Source of the DNA: an uncultured Clostridium sp.
GTDB taxonomy: Bacteria > Bacillota > Clostridia > Clostridiales > Clostridiaceae
Assembly: GCF_900543325.1 (NCBI RefSeq)
Contig: NZ_UQQU01000059.1
Direction: 5' to 3' (one strand)
Length of the DNA stretch: 21,730 nt
Below the pieces are notes generated by a model. The model did not search any database. It was given only the letters and a program-made list of their open reading frames with translations, and was not told the origin of the DNA. Below, piece by piece: positions 6,857-15,737 of the stretch. A program made the translations under genes and the position numbers. Every line of letters begins with the position of its first letter. The stretch's first letter is position 1.

Positions 6857-7765
6857 TTAATATTTATATTTTTCATAAATTATCCCTTCTCTAAGTCCTA
6901 TAGCACTTATAATATACTTTTCTGAATCAAAATACTTAAGTATTACTAAAATAGCTCCAAGAGGTGCTGCAAATATTTCAGCTCTCTTTTTTGATAACCC
7001 CTTAAAATTACTTCTTTCTTTTATAGGTAATTTTAAAAACTCAGCATATATTTTAGAAATCTCATCTCTTGTCATACTATAATTATGAAGTAATTCTTTA
7101 GGGTAATCTTCATTACCTTTAGATACTCTACCTATATGTTTTGCAATACCACCAATTCCAATTACATTTAAGTTATTATTTTTCTTCAACCATGATATTT
7201 CTTGCAATCTATCATAAATAAATTTATTAAGCTCAATCTCCATTTCCTTACTTTCAAGATTATTAAACATTTTAGTAAGAGGAATACTTCCTAGTGGTAA
7301 GCTTATTGTTTCTTTAAATTCCCCATTTTCCATAAGTGTGATTTCCATACTAGATCCACCTAAATCCAATAAAACAGCATTTTTCTCTAACATTGAATTT
7401 TTAATTGCTAAATATCCATACTTAGCCTCTTCCAGTCCAGATAAAATATTTACCTCTAATCCTAAATCCAATTTAATTTTATTGCATACATCATACTTAT
7501 TTATAGATCTTCTAATAGCTTCTGTTGCAACAACATATATTTCTAAGACTTCATATCTTTTGCATATATCCTTAAATACTTTTAATACTTTAAGAAGTAT
7601 ATTTAATCCACTTTCACTTAAATAATCATCTTCTCTTAAATAACTACCTAATCTAATTGTCCTCTTTGCTTCATTTATTACTTTAAATGTTGAATCTCCC
7701 TTTATTCTATAAATTATTAATCTTACTGAATTAGATCCAATATCTATTATTGCTCTTCTCTCCAC
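6857..7765 (-). CDS. Ppx/GppA family phosphatase (short, single Ppx-GppA domain form)
   Basis: RRAIIDIGSNSVRLIIY is the canonical N-terminal phosphate-binding motif of Ppx/GppA, and the DLGGSSMEIT and GIGG motifs follow. The ORF is open to 7774. The GTG at 7765 is preferred as the start because SD AAGGGGTG lies 6 nt upstream of it. Confidence 0.85.
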   Translation of the reverse strand: MERRAIIDIGSNSVRLIIYRIKGDSTFKVINEAKRTIRLGSYLREDDYLSESGLNILLKVLKVFKDICKRYEVLEIYVVATEAIRRSINKYDVCNKIKLDLGLEVNILSGLEEAKYGYLAIKNSMLEKNAVLLDLGGSSMEITLMENGEFKETISLPLGSIPLTKMFNNLESKEMEIELNKFIYDRLQEISWLKKNNNLNVIGIGGIAKHIGRVSKGNEDYPKELLHNYSMTRDEISKIYAEFLKLPIKERSNFKGLSKKRAEIFAAPLGAILVILKYFDSEKYIISAIGLREGIIYEKYKY

Positions 7766-7980
7766 CTTACTCACCCCTTAATTAACATTTTAAACCTTTC
7801 CTCATCTGATATAAATTTTTTTTACTTTTATTAAATTTTATAATATTATATTTAATTTTATTTCTTATAAACAAAATTAAATATAAGTATATTAAAAATG
7901 ATAGTTAAACGTTTCCTTATTATCTTTTTTAATAATAATTTAACTTTTTTTGTTAAATTATTATTTTTGTTTTTACTTTA

Positions 7981-8009
7981 TTGACGTTTTATTATTACTT
8001 ATCTATAAT
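7981..8009 (+). promoter_or_regulatory. Near-consensus sigma-A promoter of cstA
   Basis: TTGACG (7981-7986), a 17-nt spacer, then TATAAT (8004-8009), about 68 nt upstream of ATG 8077. Confidence 0.65.
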
Positions 8010-8076
8010 TACTAATATATTGTAATTTATAAATATTTTGTAAATTATATTTAATTTTTAAAAGGGGGCTTTTATA

Positions 8077-9756
8077 ATGAACGGATTAACTATAGTAGGA
8101 CTAGCAATATTAGTTTTAGCTATTGCTTATGTTACCTATGGAAGATATCTTGCTAAGACTTGGGGAATTGATCCAAATGCAAAAACACCTGCTTATACAA
8201 AGGAAGATGGCGAAGACTTTATTCCTACTCCAAAAGCTGTAGTATTTTCACATCAATTTTCATCAATTGCAGGGGCTGGACCTGTAACAGGACCAATTAT
8301 AGCTGCAATGTTTGGTTGGGTACCAGTTTTATTATGGTTACTAATTGGCGGAATATTCTTTGGAGCAGTACATGATTTTGCTGCTTTATACGCATCTGTT
8401 AAAAATGAAGGTAAATCAATTGGAGGCTTAATTGAGCAATATATCGGAAAAACAGGAAGAAAATTTTTCTTTTTATTTGCTTGGATATTTACTTTACTAG
8501 TAATCGCAGCCTTTTCTGATATAGTTGCTAGCACATTTAATGGAATAGCAGAAGATGGGTCTTTACTTACACCAAATGCATCAGCTGCATCAATTTCAAT
8601 GCTGTTTATAATAGTTGCAATGATTTTTGGAGTTTTTATTAAATATAAAAACCCAAGTCAAAGTTTACAATTTATAATCGGAGTTGTTCTTTTAGTAGCT
8701 ATGCTAGCTGTAGGAATAGCATTTCCTCTATATTTTGATAAAACAACTTGGTTAATAGTAACTTTTGCTTATCTTTTCTTAGCATCAATTACTCCAATGT
8801 GGCTATTAATGCAACCAAGAGATTACTTAAGTACATTTTTGTTACTTGCAATGATTATTGGTGCTGTTTTAGGTGTTGTAGTAGCTAAACCTGAAATGAA
8901 CCTACCTGCATTTGTAGGATTTGAAGTAGATGGAAAGTTCTTATTTCCAACATTATTTATAACAATTGCTTGTGGTGCCGTTTCTGGATTCCATAGTTTA
9001 GTTTCATCTGAAACTTCATCTAAACAAGTAAAAAATGAAAAAGATATGCTAAGTATAGGCTATGGTGCTATGCTTATTGAATCTTTATTAGGTGTAATTG
9101 CTCTTGTTGTAGTAGGTGCTGCTGCTGTTGGAGGAAAGATGCCTGAGGGAACTCCTTTTGCTATATTTTCAAGCAATGTTGCTGGTTTCTTAGGTCTTTT
9201 AGGAATTCCAGAACATATTGCTAATTGTATAATGACAATGTGTGTATCAGCATTAGCACTAACCTCTTTAGACTCTGTTGCACGTATTGGCCGTATGTCT
9301 CTTCAAGAATTATTTAAAGATGATTCTAAAGAAGCTACTGGAATTTCTAAATTAATGACAAATAAATATTTTGCAACAATTCTTACTTTAGCAATAGGAC
9401 TTATCCTTTCACTTGGTGGATACAATAACGTTTGGCCATTATTCGGAGCAGCTAATCAATTATTATCTGCATTAGTATTAATTACTCTTGCTGTATTCTT
9501 AAAAAGTACTAAAAGAAAAGGCTTTATGTTATGGGCTCCTATGATTGTAATGTTATCTGTAACATTTACAGCATTAGTACAAGCTATTTTAGGTATTATT
9601 AAAAAAATAACTGTAGGTCAATTTGTATTTCTTACTGATGGATTACAATTAATATTTGCAATTCTACTAATATGTTTAGGATTTATGGTTGCAGTTTCTT
9701 GCTTTAAAAAATTATTTAAAAAAGATTCTAAAAATAATGTAGTTACAACTAATTAA
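8077..9756 (+). CDS. cstA: Carbon starvation protein A family transporter (peptide/pyruvate uptake)
   Basis: 559 aa and polytopic. The N-terminus, GRYLAKTWGIDPNAKTPA...DFIPTPKAVVFSHQFSSIAGAGPVTGPIIAAMFGWVPVLLWLLIGGIFFGAVHDF, is the highly conserved CstA signature. SD AAGGGGG lies 8 nt upstream of the ATG. Confidence 0.92.
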   Translation: MNGLTIVGLAILVLAIAYVTYGRYLAKTWGIDPNAKTPAYTKEDGEDFIPTPKAVVFSHQFSSIAGAGPVTGPIIAAMFGWVPVLLWLLIGGIFFGAVHDFAALYASVKNEGKSIGGLIEQYIGKTGRKFFFLFAWIFTLLVIAAFSDIVASTFNGIAEDGSLLTPNASAASISMLFIIVAMIFGVFIKYKNPSQSLQFIIGVVLLVAMLAVGIAFPLYFDKTTWLIVTFAYLFLASITPMWLLMQPRDYLSTFLLLAMIIGAVLGVVVAKPEMNLPAFVGFEVDGKFLFPTLFITIACGAVSGFHSLVSSETSSKQVKNEKDMLSIGYGAMLIESLLGVIALVVVGAAAVGGKMPEGTPFAIFSSNVAGFLGLLGIPEHIANCIMTMCVSALALTSLDSVARIGRMSLQELFKDDSKEATGISKLMTNKYFATILTLAIGLILSLGGYNNVWPLFGAANQLLSALVLITLAVFLKSTKRKGFMLWAPMIVMLSVTFTALVQAILGIIKKITVGQFVFLTDGLQLIFAILLICLGFMVAVSCFKKLFKKDSKNNVVTTN

Positions 9757-9763
9757 AATAATT

Positions 9764-9801
9764 AAAAAGCGTGGAATCATTTATTTGATTCCACGCTTTT
9801 T
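9764..9801. terminator. Bidirectional rho-independent terminator after cstA
   Basis: 11-bp stem GCGTGGAATCA (9769-9779) / TGATTCCACGC (9786-9796), preceded by AAAAA and followed by TTTTT. Confidence 0.85.
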
Positions 9802-9844
9802 ACTATATTTATCTAATAGTATTTCTATTAATGATATATTAAAC

Positions 9845-9884
9845 TGTTATACCAAAATGTTGTTAACAACATTTTGGTATAACA
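9845..9884. repeat. Perfect 40-bp palindrome (no loop)
   Basis: TGTTATACCAAAATGTTGTT|AACAACATTTTGGTATAACA is centred on GTTAAC. All 20 positions of each arm are complementary. No T-run follows on either strand. Confidence 0.85.
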
Positions 9885-10092
9885 TAATGCTAAGCTATTA
9901 AATAAATATAACCATCACTTATCTTATTTAACTATCTACTTCATTATTTATATAAAGGTTTATTTTTATCAAATCATTTTAACTTATAAATTTAAACATC
10001 AAAAATAAGCCATCATCAAAACTAACAATGGCCAACCTTATAATATATTTTTTATTATTCATTCTATAGAAATAATGCTGTCTTTCTATATT

Positions 10093-11022
10093 TTATATAG
10101 GTATAACTTTTGCTTTTATATTATTCCATGATAAATATGTGTTAATTTCTGCTTTTATATTAACTTTAAAATCAAATTTTTCTATTATAGATATATTCTT
10201 ATCATACTCTATATTATTTCTATATTCAAAAGCTCTCCAATTCAAATAATTATCCAAATACTTACTTGCCACCCCATTAAATCTACCAAGCCATTTCTTA
10301 ACTTTATTTGAATATAATATATCTATACTTGAAATTTCATTAATACTTACTTTTATTTTATTAATTTCATTAAAAGCTTTAGCAAAAGTTTTTAATCTGC
10401 CATCTATAAATCCAACAACATATGCTTTCCTATCAATTCTTGGAATAATATTGTCTCTTATATCAAAAAATCCAATAAAATTCCTAGCCGCAAATATTGG
10501 AAGAATATCTATAGAATCATTAATAGCATTAACTACTATAATATTATCCCTTTTTTCTCCATGATATTTTCTTGCACCTTTAAAATTTTCAGGTAAAACT
10601 AATTTTGTTAATTCAACATATGATCCTATTTTTTCAATATAATTTTTCTTACATAAATCATGTAAAAATCTATGTCTCCAAAAAAATGCTGTTACTAAAG
10701 TAATACCTATCTTTAGAGCACATTCTCTTAAAGATAATCCTTGAATAAAAACTTCAAAATATTTTTCCCACATCTTTTTAAATTTTTTAGAATATCTAAA
10801 TGGATTATTTTTGTTATTGTTAAAAGTTTTTCCACACTCTTTATTTTTACATTTATATCTTTGAATACCATTATAAAAACCAAATTTAATAACATGACCT
10901 CCTTCACAATAAGGACATATATTTTCATGATTTTTTTCAAAAGTATCAATAGTATTTCTTATTTCTTTTATATCTTTATTATTAGATTTATTATTCATTA
11001 AAGTTTTATAGACATTGATCAT
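10093..11022 (-). CDS. IS1595-family (ISXO2-like) transposase-like protein, possibly catalytically degenerate; element ends not identifiable
   Basis: 309 aa. It has an N-terminal zinc ribbon (CPYCEGGH...YKCKNKECGKTF), an HTH-like segment (GLSLRECALKIGITLVTAFFWRHRF), ENFKG, and the C-terminal tail WLGRFNGVASKYLDNYLNWRAF, which together match the layout of IS1595-family transposases. SD GGTGA lies 7 nt upstream of ATG 11022. Confidence 0.7.
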   Translation of the reverse strand: MINVYKTLMNNKSNNKDIKEIRNTIDTFEKNHENICPYCEGGHVIKFGFYNGIQRYKCKNKECGKTFNNNKNNPFRYSKKFKKMWEKYFEVFIQGLSLRECALKIGITLVTAFFWRHRFLHDLCKKNYIEKIGSYVELTKLVLPENFKGARKYHGEKRDNIIVVNAINDSIDILPIFAARNFIGFFDIRDNIIPRIDRKAYVVGFIDGRLKTFAKAFNEINKIKVSINEISSIDILYSNKVKKWLGRFNGVASKYLDNYLNWRAFEYRNNIEYDKNISIIEKFDFKVNIKAEINTYLSWNNIKAKVIPI

Positions 11023-11135
11023 AATTACATCACCAATTGTAATTATTGACCTGTATCTATAGTAATAAACAAAATCTACTTCTAATTTTTATTTTTTGTC
11101 GATTTACCAATCTAGCTTTTGTTCTATAATTTTAT

Positions 11136-11180
11136 AAAAAATACTATTACCCAAAAGATTATTGAGTAATAGTATTTTTT
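11136..11180. terminator. Bidirectional terminator downstream of the MATE pseudogene
   Basis: The stem is AAAAAATACTATTAC (11136-11150) / GTAATAGTATTTTTT (11166-11180) with a 15-nt loop. It lies 46 nt past the MATE stop on the minus strand. Confidence 0.65.
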
Positions 11181-11225
11181 ATAACGTATAATCTGTAATA
11201 TACAACATAATCAATTAATTTCTAC

Positions 11226-12328
11226 TTATGCTGATTCACTAAACTTATCCATAATTAAAATCTTACTTCTATTAGCTTTTATCATAAGAATAACTGCTAC
11301 TACTAAAGCAACAACCTCAGCTATTGGAAAAGCAAGCCATATTATATTTATTCCATTTGAAAATTTAGAGAATAACCAAGCAAGAGGTAATACAACAACA
11401 CATAATCTTAAAAGTGAAACAACTAATGAACTTATTCCACATCCTAATGCTTGGAAAACACCTTGAATTGCAATGCTACATCCTGCAAATAAAAATCCTA
11501 CTGAAATAATACGTATTGATAAAATACAAAGTCTTGCTGTTTCATCTGATAAATCAAATAAATTAACTAAAGGCACTGCAAAAATTTGAAGTCCTATAGT
11601 TCCAACAATCATTATAATACTAGTATATAAAATACCATATTTAATTCCCTCTTTTACTCTCTTATGGTCTTCCATTCCATAGTTAAAAGCTACAATTGGA
11701 GTAATTGCATCCCTTAAACCTAATGCTGCAAATAAGATAAATTGTTGTATCTTATAAAATATTCCGTATGCTGTTACTGCTGCCATAGATACTGCTCCAA
11801 ATATAATATTTACTCCATATGTCATAAATGACATTAAAGCTTGCATTATAATAGCAGGAAGACCTACAACATATATTTCTTTAACTATTTTTTTATCTAA
11901 CTTTAAATAAGCTATCCCATTTGATATTTCTTTATTCTTTATATTCCAAATATAAAAAAGCATATATAAATAATAATACCTAGTGATATACCATTTCCAG
12001 CAACTCTTGCTACTTTCTTAGGATCATTCTGTCCAAGTGTTTTTGAAAGTAATGCATTAACACCTACCCCTGTTCCTATTCCAAATGCTACAATAAGCAT
12101 CTGTATTGGAAATGCTAGTGTAAGAGCATTTACAGCATACTCCCCTGCATGAACTATTCCTCCTGAGTCTGGTATTCTAGCTACAAATATACTATCAACT
12201 ATATTATAGCAAGCTTGTAATACCATTGATAAAACTATTGGTATCCCCATACTAAGCATAACTTTTTGAACTGCTATTGTTCCCATTTTGTTCATTTTAA
12301 TTTCTTTTTCCAAGTTTTCTCCTTTCAT
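11226..12328 (-). pseudogene. MATE family efflux transporter, disrupted (internal deletion plus frameshift)
   Basis: Two overlapping ORFs cover this gene. ORF 11939-12328 encodes MATE TM1-3, and ORF 11226-11963 encodes an intact C-lobe (TM7-12, starting LKLDKKIVKEIYVVGLPAIIMQ). TM4-6, roughly 75-95 residues, are absent. The frames switch at an A6/T6 run (11954-11959). Confidence 0.75.
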
Positions 12329-12390
12329 ATAAGATAGCTTTTGCGGAAAACTATCACAACCCTATTAGTAATACTTTTTTCATTTTTAAC

Positions 12391-12432
12391 GAAAAAAAGA
12401 AAGCGCAAATCCATCTGGATTTACGCTTTCTT
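12391..12432 (-). terminator. Rho-independent terminator of the 98-aa membrane protein gene
   Basis: The stem is AAGAAAGCGCAAATCC (12397-12412) / GGATTTACGCTTTCTT (12417-12432) with one mismatch and a 4-nt loop. It is followed on the minus strand by a T-run, the complement of 12391-12398. Confidence 0.8.
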
Positions 12433-12530
12433 ACTACTCGACTAAATTTATTTTATACCATTTTCTAAAATTTGTCAAATACCCTTTTAAGTAATTAGTG
12501 GCGCAATTATGTTTACTGATATAATTGTTA

Positions 12531-12827
12531 TTATTTTAATCCTTTAGAAACTGTATATTCTAACATTAATACAACTAATGCTAGAATCGATAATATAGGG
12601 TTAGGGAATCCTCCTAATTGTTGGAATGTAAAAAAGTCTGCTAAGAAAAATATCCATATTATAGCTGTAATAATGTGCAATATGACTCTTGGCCACTTTT
12701 TACTCATTAAATTCATAAAAGTACCCTTTGCCTTTATGTTATCCTCTTCTTTAATAACTTTTTTATTTTTTATACTACTAGCCTTTTTATTTACTGTTTT
12801 ATTCTTACGTTTCTTACTTTTCGCCAT
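12531..12827 (-). CDS. Small membrane protein, Lys-rich N-terminus plus two TM helices (hypothetical)
   Basis: 98 aa. The sequence starts MAKSKKRKNKTVNKK... and continues with two hydrophobic helices. GAGG lies 7 nt upstream of ATG 12827, and the gene has its own terminator. Confidence 0.6.
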   Translation of the reverse strand: MAKSKKRKNKTVNKKASSIKNKKVIKEEDNIKAKGTFMNLMSKKWPRVILHIITAIIWIFFLADFFTFQQLGGFPNPILSILALVVLMLEYTVSKGLK

Positions 12828-12954
12828 TATAATGCCTCATTTCTCAGTTCATACTTTAATGAGTTAATTATATAATTTTTATAGGTATTTTAAAAGCCAA
12901 AAATATTCTCACTTATTAATACTGCCGAACCAACATAGATATATTAGAATGCTT

Positions 12955-14142
12955 TTATTCCATACTTTTTAAATATTCTACAAACTGTCGAGCAGTTCTA
13001 CCTGAACGTCCTCCCCTTGACATAGCATGTTGTTCTGCTAACATATCAACATTTTCAATATCTTTAACTTTATACTCCTTAAGCAATCCATGTATAATCT
13101 CTAGATATTCCTTTTTATTTGGCTTTGAAAAACAAATAGACAATCCGAAACGATCTGATAATGAAATTTGCTCTTGGATTGTTTCATTTATATGAATATC
13201 GTCGCCTTCACGTTCTGAAAATGACTCTTGAACTAAATGACGTCTATTACTTGTTGCATAAATAACAACATTTGATGTTTTAGCTGTTACAGAACCTTCT
13301 AAAATTGCTTTTAATGCACCTATTTCCTCATTATTCTTTGCAAATGATAAATCATCAATAAATAAAATAAATTTTAATGGATTATTTGCAAGCTCTTCAA
13401 TAAGTTTTGGAATTTCAAGTAAGTCACCTTTTCTAACTTCAATCATTCTTAAACCTTCATTAGCATATTCATTTACAATTGCCTTTACTGTAGATGATTT
13501 TCCAGTTCCAGCATCACCATATAAAAGAACATTAGCTGCTGGTTTTCCTTTTATAAATGCATATGTGTTATCTATAATCCTTTTTCTCTCTCCTTCATAA
13601 CCAATATGACTTGATAGCCTAATATTATCAGGATATTTTACTGGAACAACTTTTCCTTTATCATAAGTAAACATTATATTATTTGAATAAATGCCATAGC
13701 CAACTGTAAATAACTTTTCCATTCTTTCTTCATACATTTTATTAAAATCATATTCTGTATTTATTGACCATTCTGCCATAAATCCATTATATTCAATTTC
13801 ACTTCTTATATACTTTGATGTTATTGTGGCAATCTCCTGCAAAGTCTGCAATTCATGTTTTACACATTGTGCAAGCATATTAGAAATTATTTCTTTGCTA
13901 GCCAATTTACGAACATATATATTTTCATCAAATATAATAAGCTTCCATATATAATCAGAAAAATTTTCACTTTTTTCGAATAGCTTACGTGTAAAATTAC
14001 TGTATTCTTCAACTTTTTTAATATCACTTTTTTCCTTAGTATCTATCATATTAAGAAATGCCTTCATAACATCATCCTCTAATACATTATTAAATACTAC
14101 AAATGATTTAGCCTTCATATTTATTTGCTCTAATTTTTTCAT
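12955..14142 (-). CDS. DUF815-type AAA+ ATP-binding protein
   Basis: Walker A is LLYGDAGTGKSSTVKAI and Walker B is LFIDDLSF, followed by ATSNRRHL (sensor-like), a pattern typical of DUF815 ATPases. The ORF is open to the TTG at 14175. ATG 14142 (MKKLEQ) is preferred as the start because GGGGG lies 7 nt upstream. Confidence 0.8.
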   Translation of the reverse strand: MKKLEQINMKAKSFVVFNNVLEDDVMKAFLNMIDTKEKSDIKKVEEYSNFTRKLFEKSENFSDYIWKLIIFDENIYVRKLASKEIISNMLAQCVKHELQTLQEIATITSKYIRSEIEYNGFMAEWSINTEYDFNKMYEERMEKLFTVGYGIYSNNIMFTYDKGKVVPVKYPDNIRLSSHIGYEGERKRIIDNTYAFIKGKPAANVLLYGDAGTGKSSTVKAIVNEYANEGLRMIEVRKGDLLEIPKLIEELANNPLKFILFIDDLSFAKNNEEIGALKAILEGSVTAKTSNVVIYATSNRRHLVQESFSEREGDDIHINETIQEQISLSDRFGLSICFSKPNKKEYLEIIHGLLKEYKVKDIENVDMLAEQHAMSRGGRSGRTARQFVEYLKSME

Positions 14143-14165
14143 ATAATAACCCCCAATTTTTTCTT

Positions 14166-14807
14166 CTAATAACAAACTCGATTTAAATGTCCGTTATCTA
14201 TTAAGAATACATCACCTATAAATGCTGTTGTATCTTCCGTACATATGATAGCCCCATCATCGCATATTCCATATAGTGGATATTTTTTAAAAAGCATAAG
14301 TAACTCATCGGTTATATTGTCTTTATCAAAATGAGGTTCAACTGAAAATTCAACTAATCCGAGTGCTCTATATATTTCCAATTCATTATGTCCGCAAGTT
14401 AGTGTACACACAGCAGTTTTTGTCATATTTATAGAACCAGCACTCATTCCAATAACCACACCTTTTTGTTCTCTTATACATGGTATCAGTCCATAAGATT
14501 TTAAATACTTAAACTGTGTAGGTGTATCTCCACCTGATAACCATACAATATCCGCATTTCTAACCATATCTTGTGCAGTTTCCTTTGACATTCTGGCATC
14601 TATAACCTTCACACTTTCAAAAGTTATTCCACAATCAGAAAACATCTTTAAAAAGTAATTACAATACCAATCCGTCTTTTCATATATGGTTTCAAATTCA
14701 GAAGCAACAAAAACAAATTTCATATTTTCTTTTATATATGTTCTCAATAGACTGCTAAAATCATCTGGAAATCCATTAGAAAATGTACTTGTCAGTATTT
14801 TAACCAC
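14166..14807 (-). CDS. Peptidase S51 (dipeptidase E-like) / type 1 glutamine amidotransferase-like protein
   Basis: 213 aa. It carries DIVWLSGGDTPTQ, the nucleophile elbow GMSAGS, and a downstream EPHF (His), as in the PepE/cyanophycinase family. The start is GTG, with SD AAGGAGGG 7 nt upstream. Confidence 0.75.
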   Translation of the reverse strand: MVKILTSTFSNGFPDDFSSLLRTYIKENMKFVFVASEFETIYEKTDWYCNYFLKMFSDCGITFESVKVIDARMSKETAQDMVRNADIVWLSGGDTPTQFKYLKSYGLIPCIREQKGVVIGMSAGSINMTKTAVCTLTCGHNELEIYRALGLVEFSVEPHFDKDNITDELLMLFKKYPLYGICDDGAIICTEDTTAFIGDVFLIDNGHLNRVCY

Positions 14808-14889
14808 AATATACCCTCCTTTTAAATCTCATTAATAGCGGCATAATTTTTATCCCCAATATAATACAATTGCTCATCTAATCCATTGA

Positions 14890-15606
14890 TTAATTTAATT
14901 GTAATACTTCACCCAAATATAATTCTCTCAACATACCTTTAACTAAATTGGCTGATATTTGCGATGCCTTATCACAGTTTTTTTCAAATTCACCAATACC
15001 ACTGTGACTTGAAGTATCAGTAATTGTTCTTATTGCAATAAATGGTATTTTATTAACATAACAAACGTGGGCAACACTTGCAGTTTCCATATCTACACTT
15101 AAGGGTGCATATTTAATATTAATAAGCTCTCGTCCTTCATCTTCTATAAATTTTTCACCTGTTATCATTCTTCCAAATACAATATTATAATTAGCATTAA
15201 AATTACTAATAGCTTTTTTTGCTAAATTTAAAAGCCTTTTATCAGCTTTAAAGTAAATAGAATCAAGCCATGGATGAAATTCAGTCAAAATCCCCTCATC
15301 AACATCATAATAAGCTACTTCATTAGAAATTACTGTATCAAAAATTTTAAGACTATCATCCATTCCACCTGCTGTTCCAGAGTTAATTATAATATTACAT
15401 CCATAAGTATCTATTAATATTTGTGTTGCAATAGCTGCATTAACTTTGCATACACCTGTAAATAAGGTAACAATATCTATTCCTTCAATTTTTCCTTCAT
15501 AAAATCTCAGCATTGCTTTTTCTGTTATTATATATTCATCTAACATATTTATAAAAGGAACTACTTCACTATCACCTGCACATAAAATCCCTATCCTCAT
15601 TTTCAT
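14890..15606 (-). CDS. mtnN: 5'-methylthioadenosine/S-adenosylhomocysteine nucleosidase family protein (PNP_UDP_1 fold)
   Basis: The sequence aligns by eye along its whole length with E. coli MtnN: GILCAGDSEV, GVCKVNAAIATQILI, IINSGTAGGM, VDMETASVAHVC and IRTITD (catalytic Asp). ATG 15606 is preferred as the start because GAGGAGGG lies 6 nt upstream. The ORF is open to 15639. Confidence 0.8.
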   Translation of the reverse strand: MKMRIGILCAGDSEVVPFINMLDEYIITEKAMLRFYEGKIEGIDIVTLFTGVCKVNAAIATQILIDTYGCNIIINSGTAGGMDDSLKIFDTVISNEVAYYDVDEGILTEFHPWLDSIYFKADKRLLNLAKKAISNFNANYNIVFGRMITGEKFIEDEGRELINIKYAPLSVDMETASVAHVCYVNKIPFIAIRTITDTSSHSGIGEFEKNCDKASQISANLVKGMLRELYLGEVLQLN

Positions 15607-15737
15607 ATTTAACCCTCCTCTAACCTTACCATTGCTCACAAAATAACAATTGGATTTTCTTGTTGATATTCACACTGTTCCTCCTCTTCAAATTCTCATT
15701 TATCACTCTCTGTACCATAGAATTCTTAATCTACTCA

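Noticed and set aside
7901-7917. Possible CcpA cre site (ATAGTTAAACGTTTCCT) upstream of cstA.
   Set aside because: It has the central CG and a partial right half, but it lacks the conserved TG of the left half. It also lies about 80 nt upstream of the -35. This is too weak a match to call in AT-rich DNA.
10051-11075. Candidate IS ends: TCTATAGA (10063-10070) and TCTATAGT (11056-11063), each with A/T-rich flanks and close to the transposase-like ORF.
   Set aside because: The core is itself palindromic and only 7-8 nt long. The flanking similarity needs gaps, and such matches are expected by chance at this base composition. I saw no flanking direct repeats.
11939-11963. Programmed frameshift or phase variation at the A6/T6 run joining the two MATE ORFs.
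   Set aside because: Even a corrected frame gives a protein that lacks about three transmembrane helices of the N-lobe. The run is short, and no stimulatory structure is evident. A pseudogene is the simpler reading.
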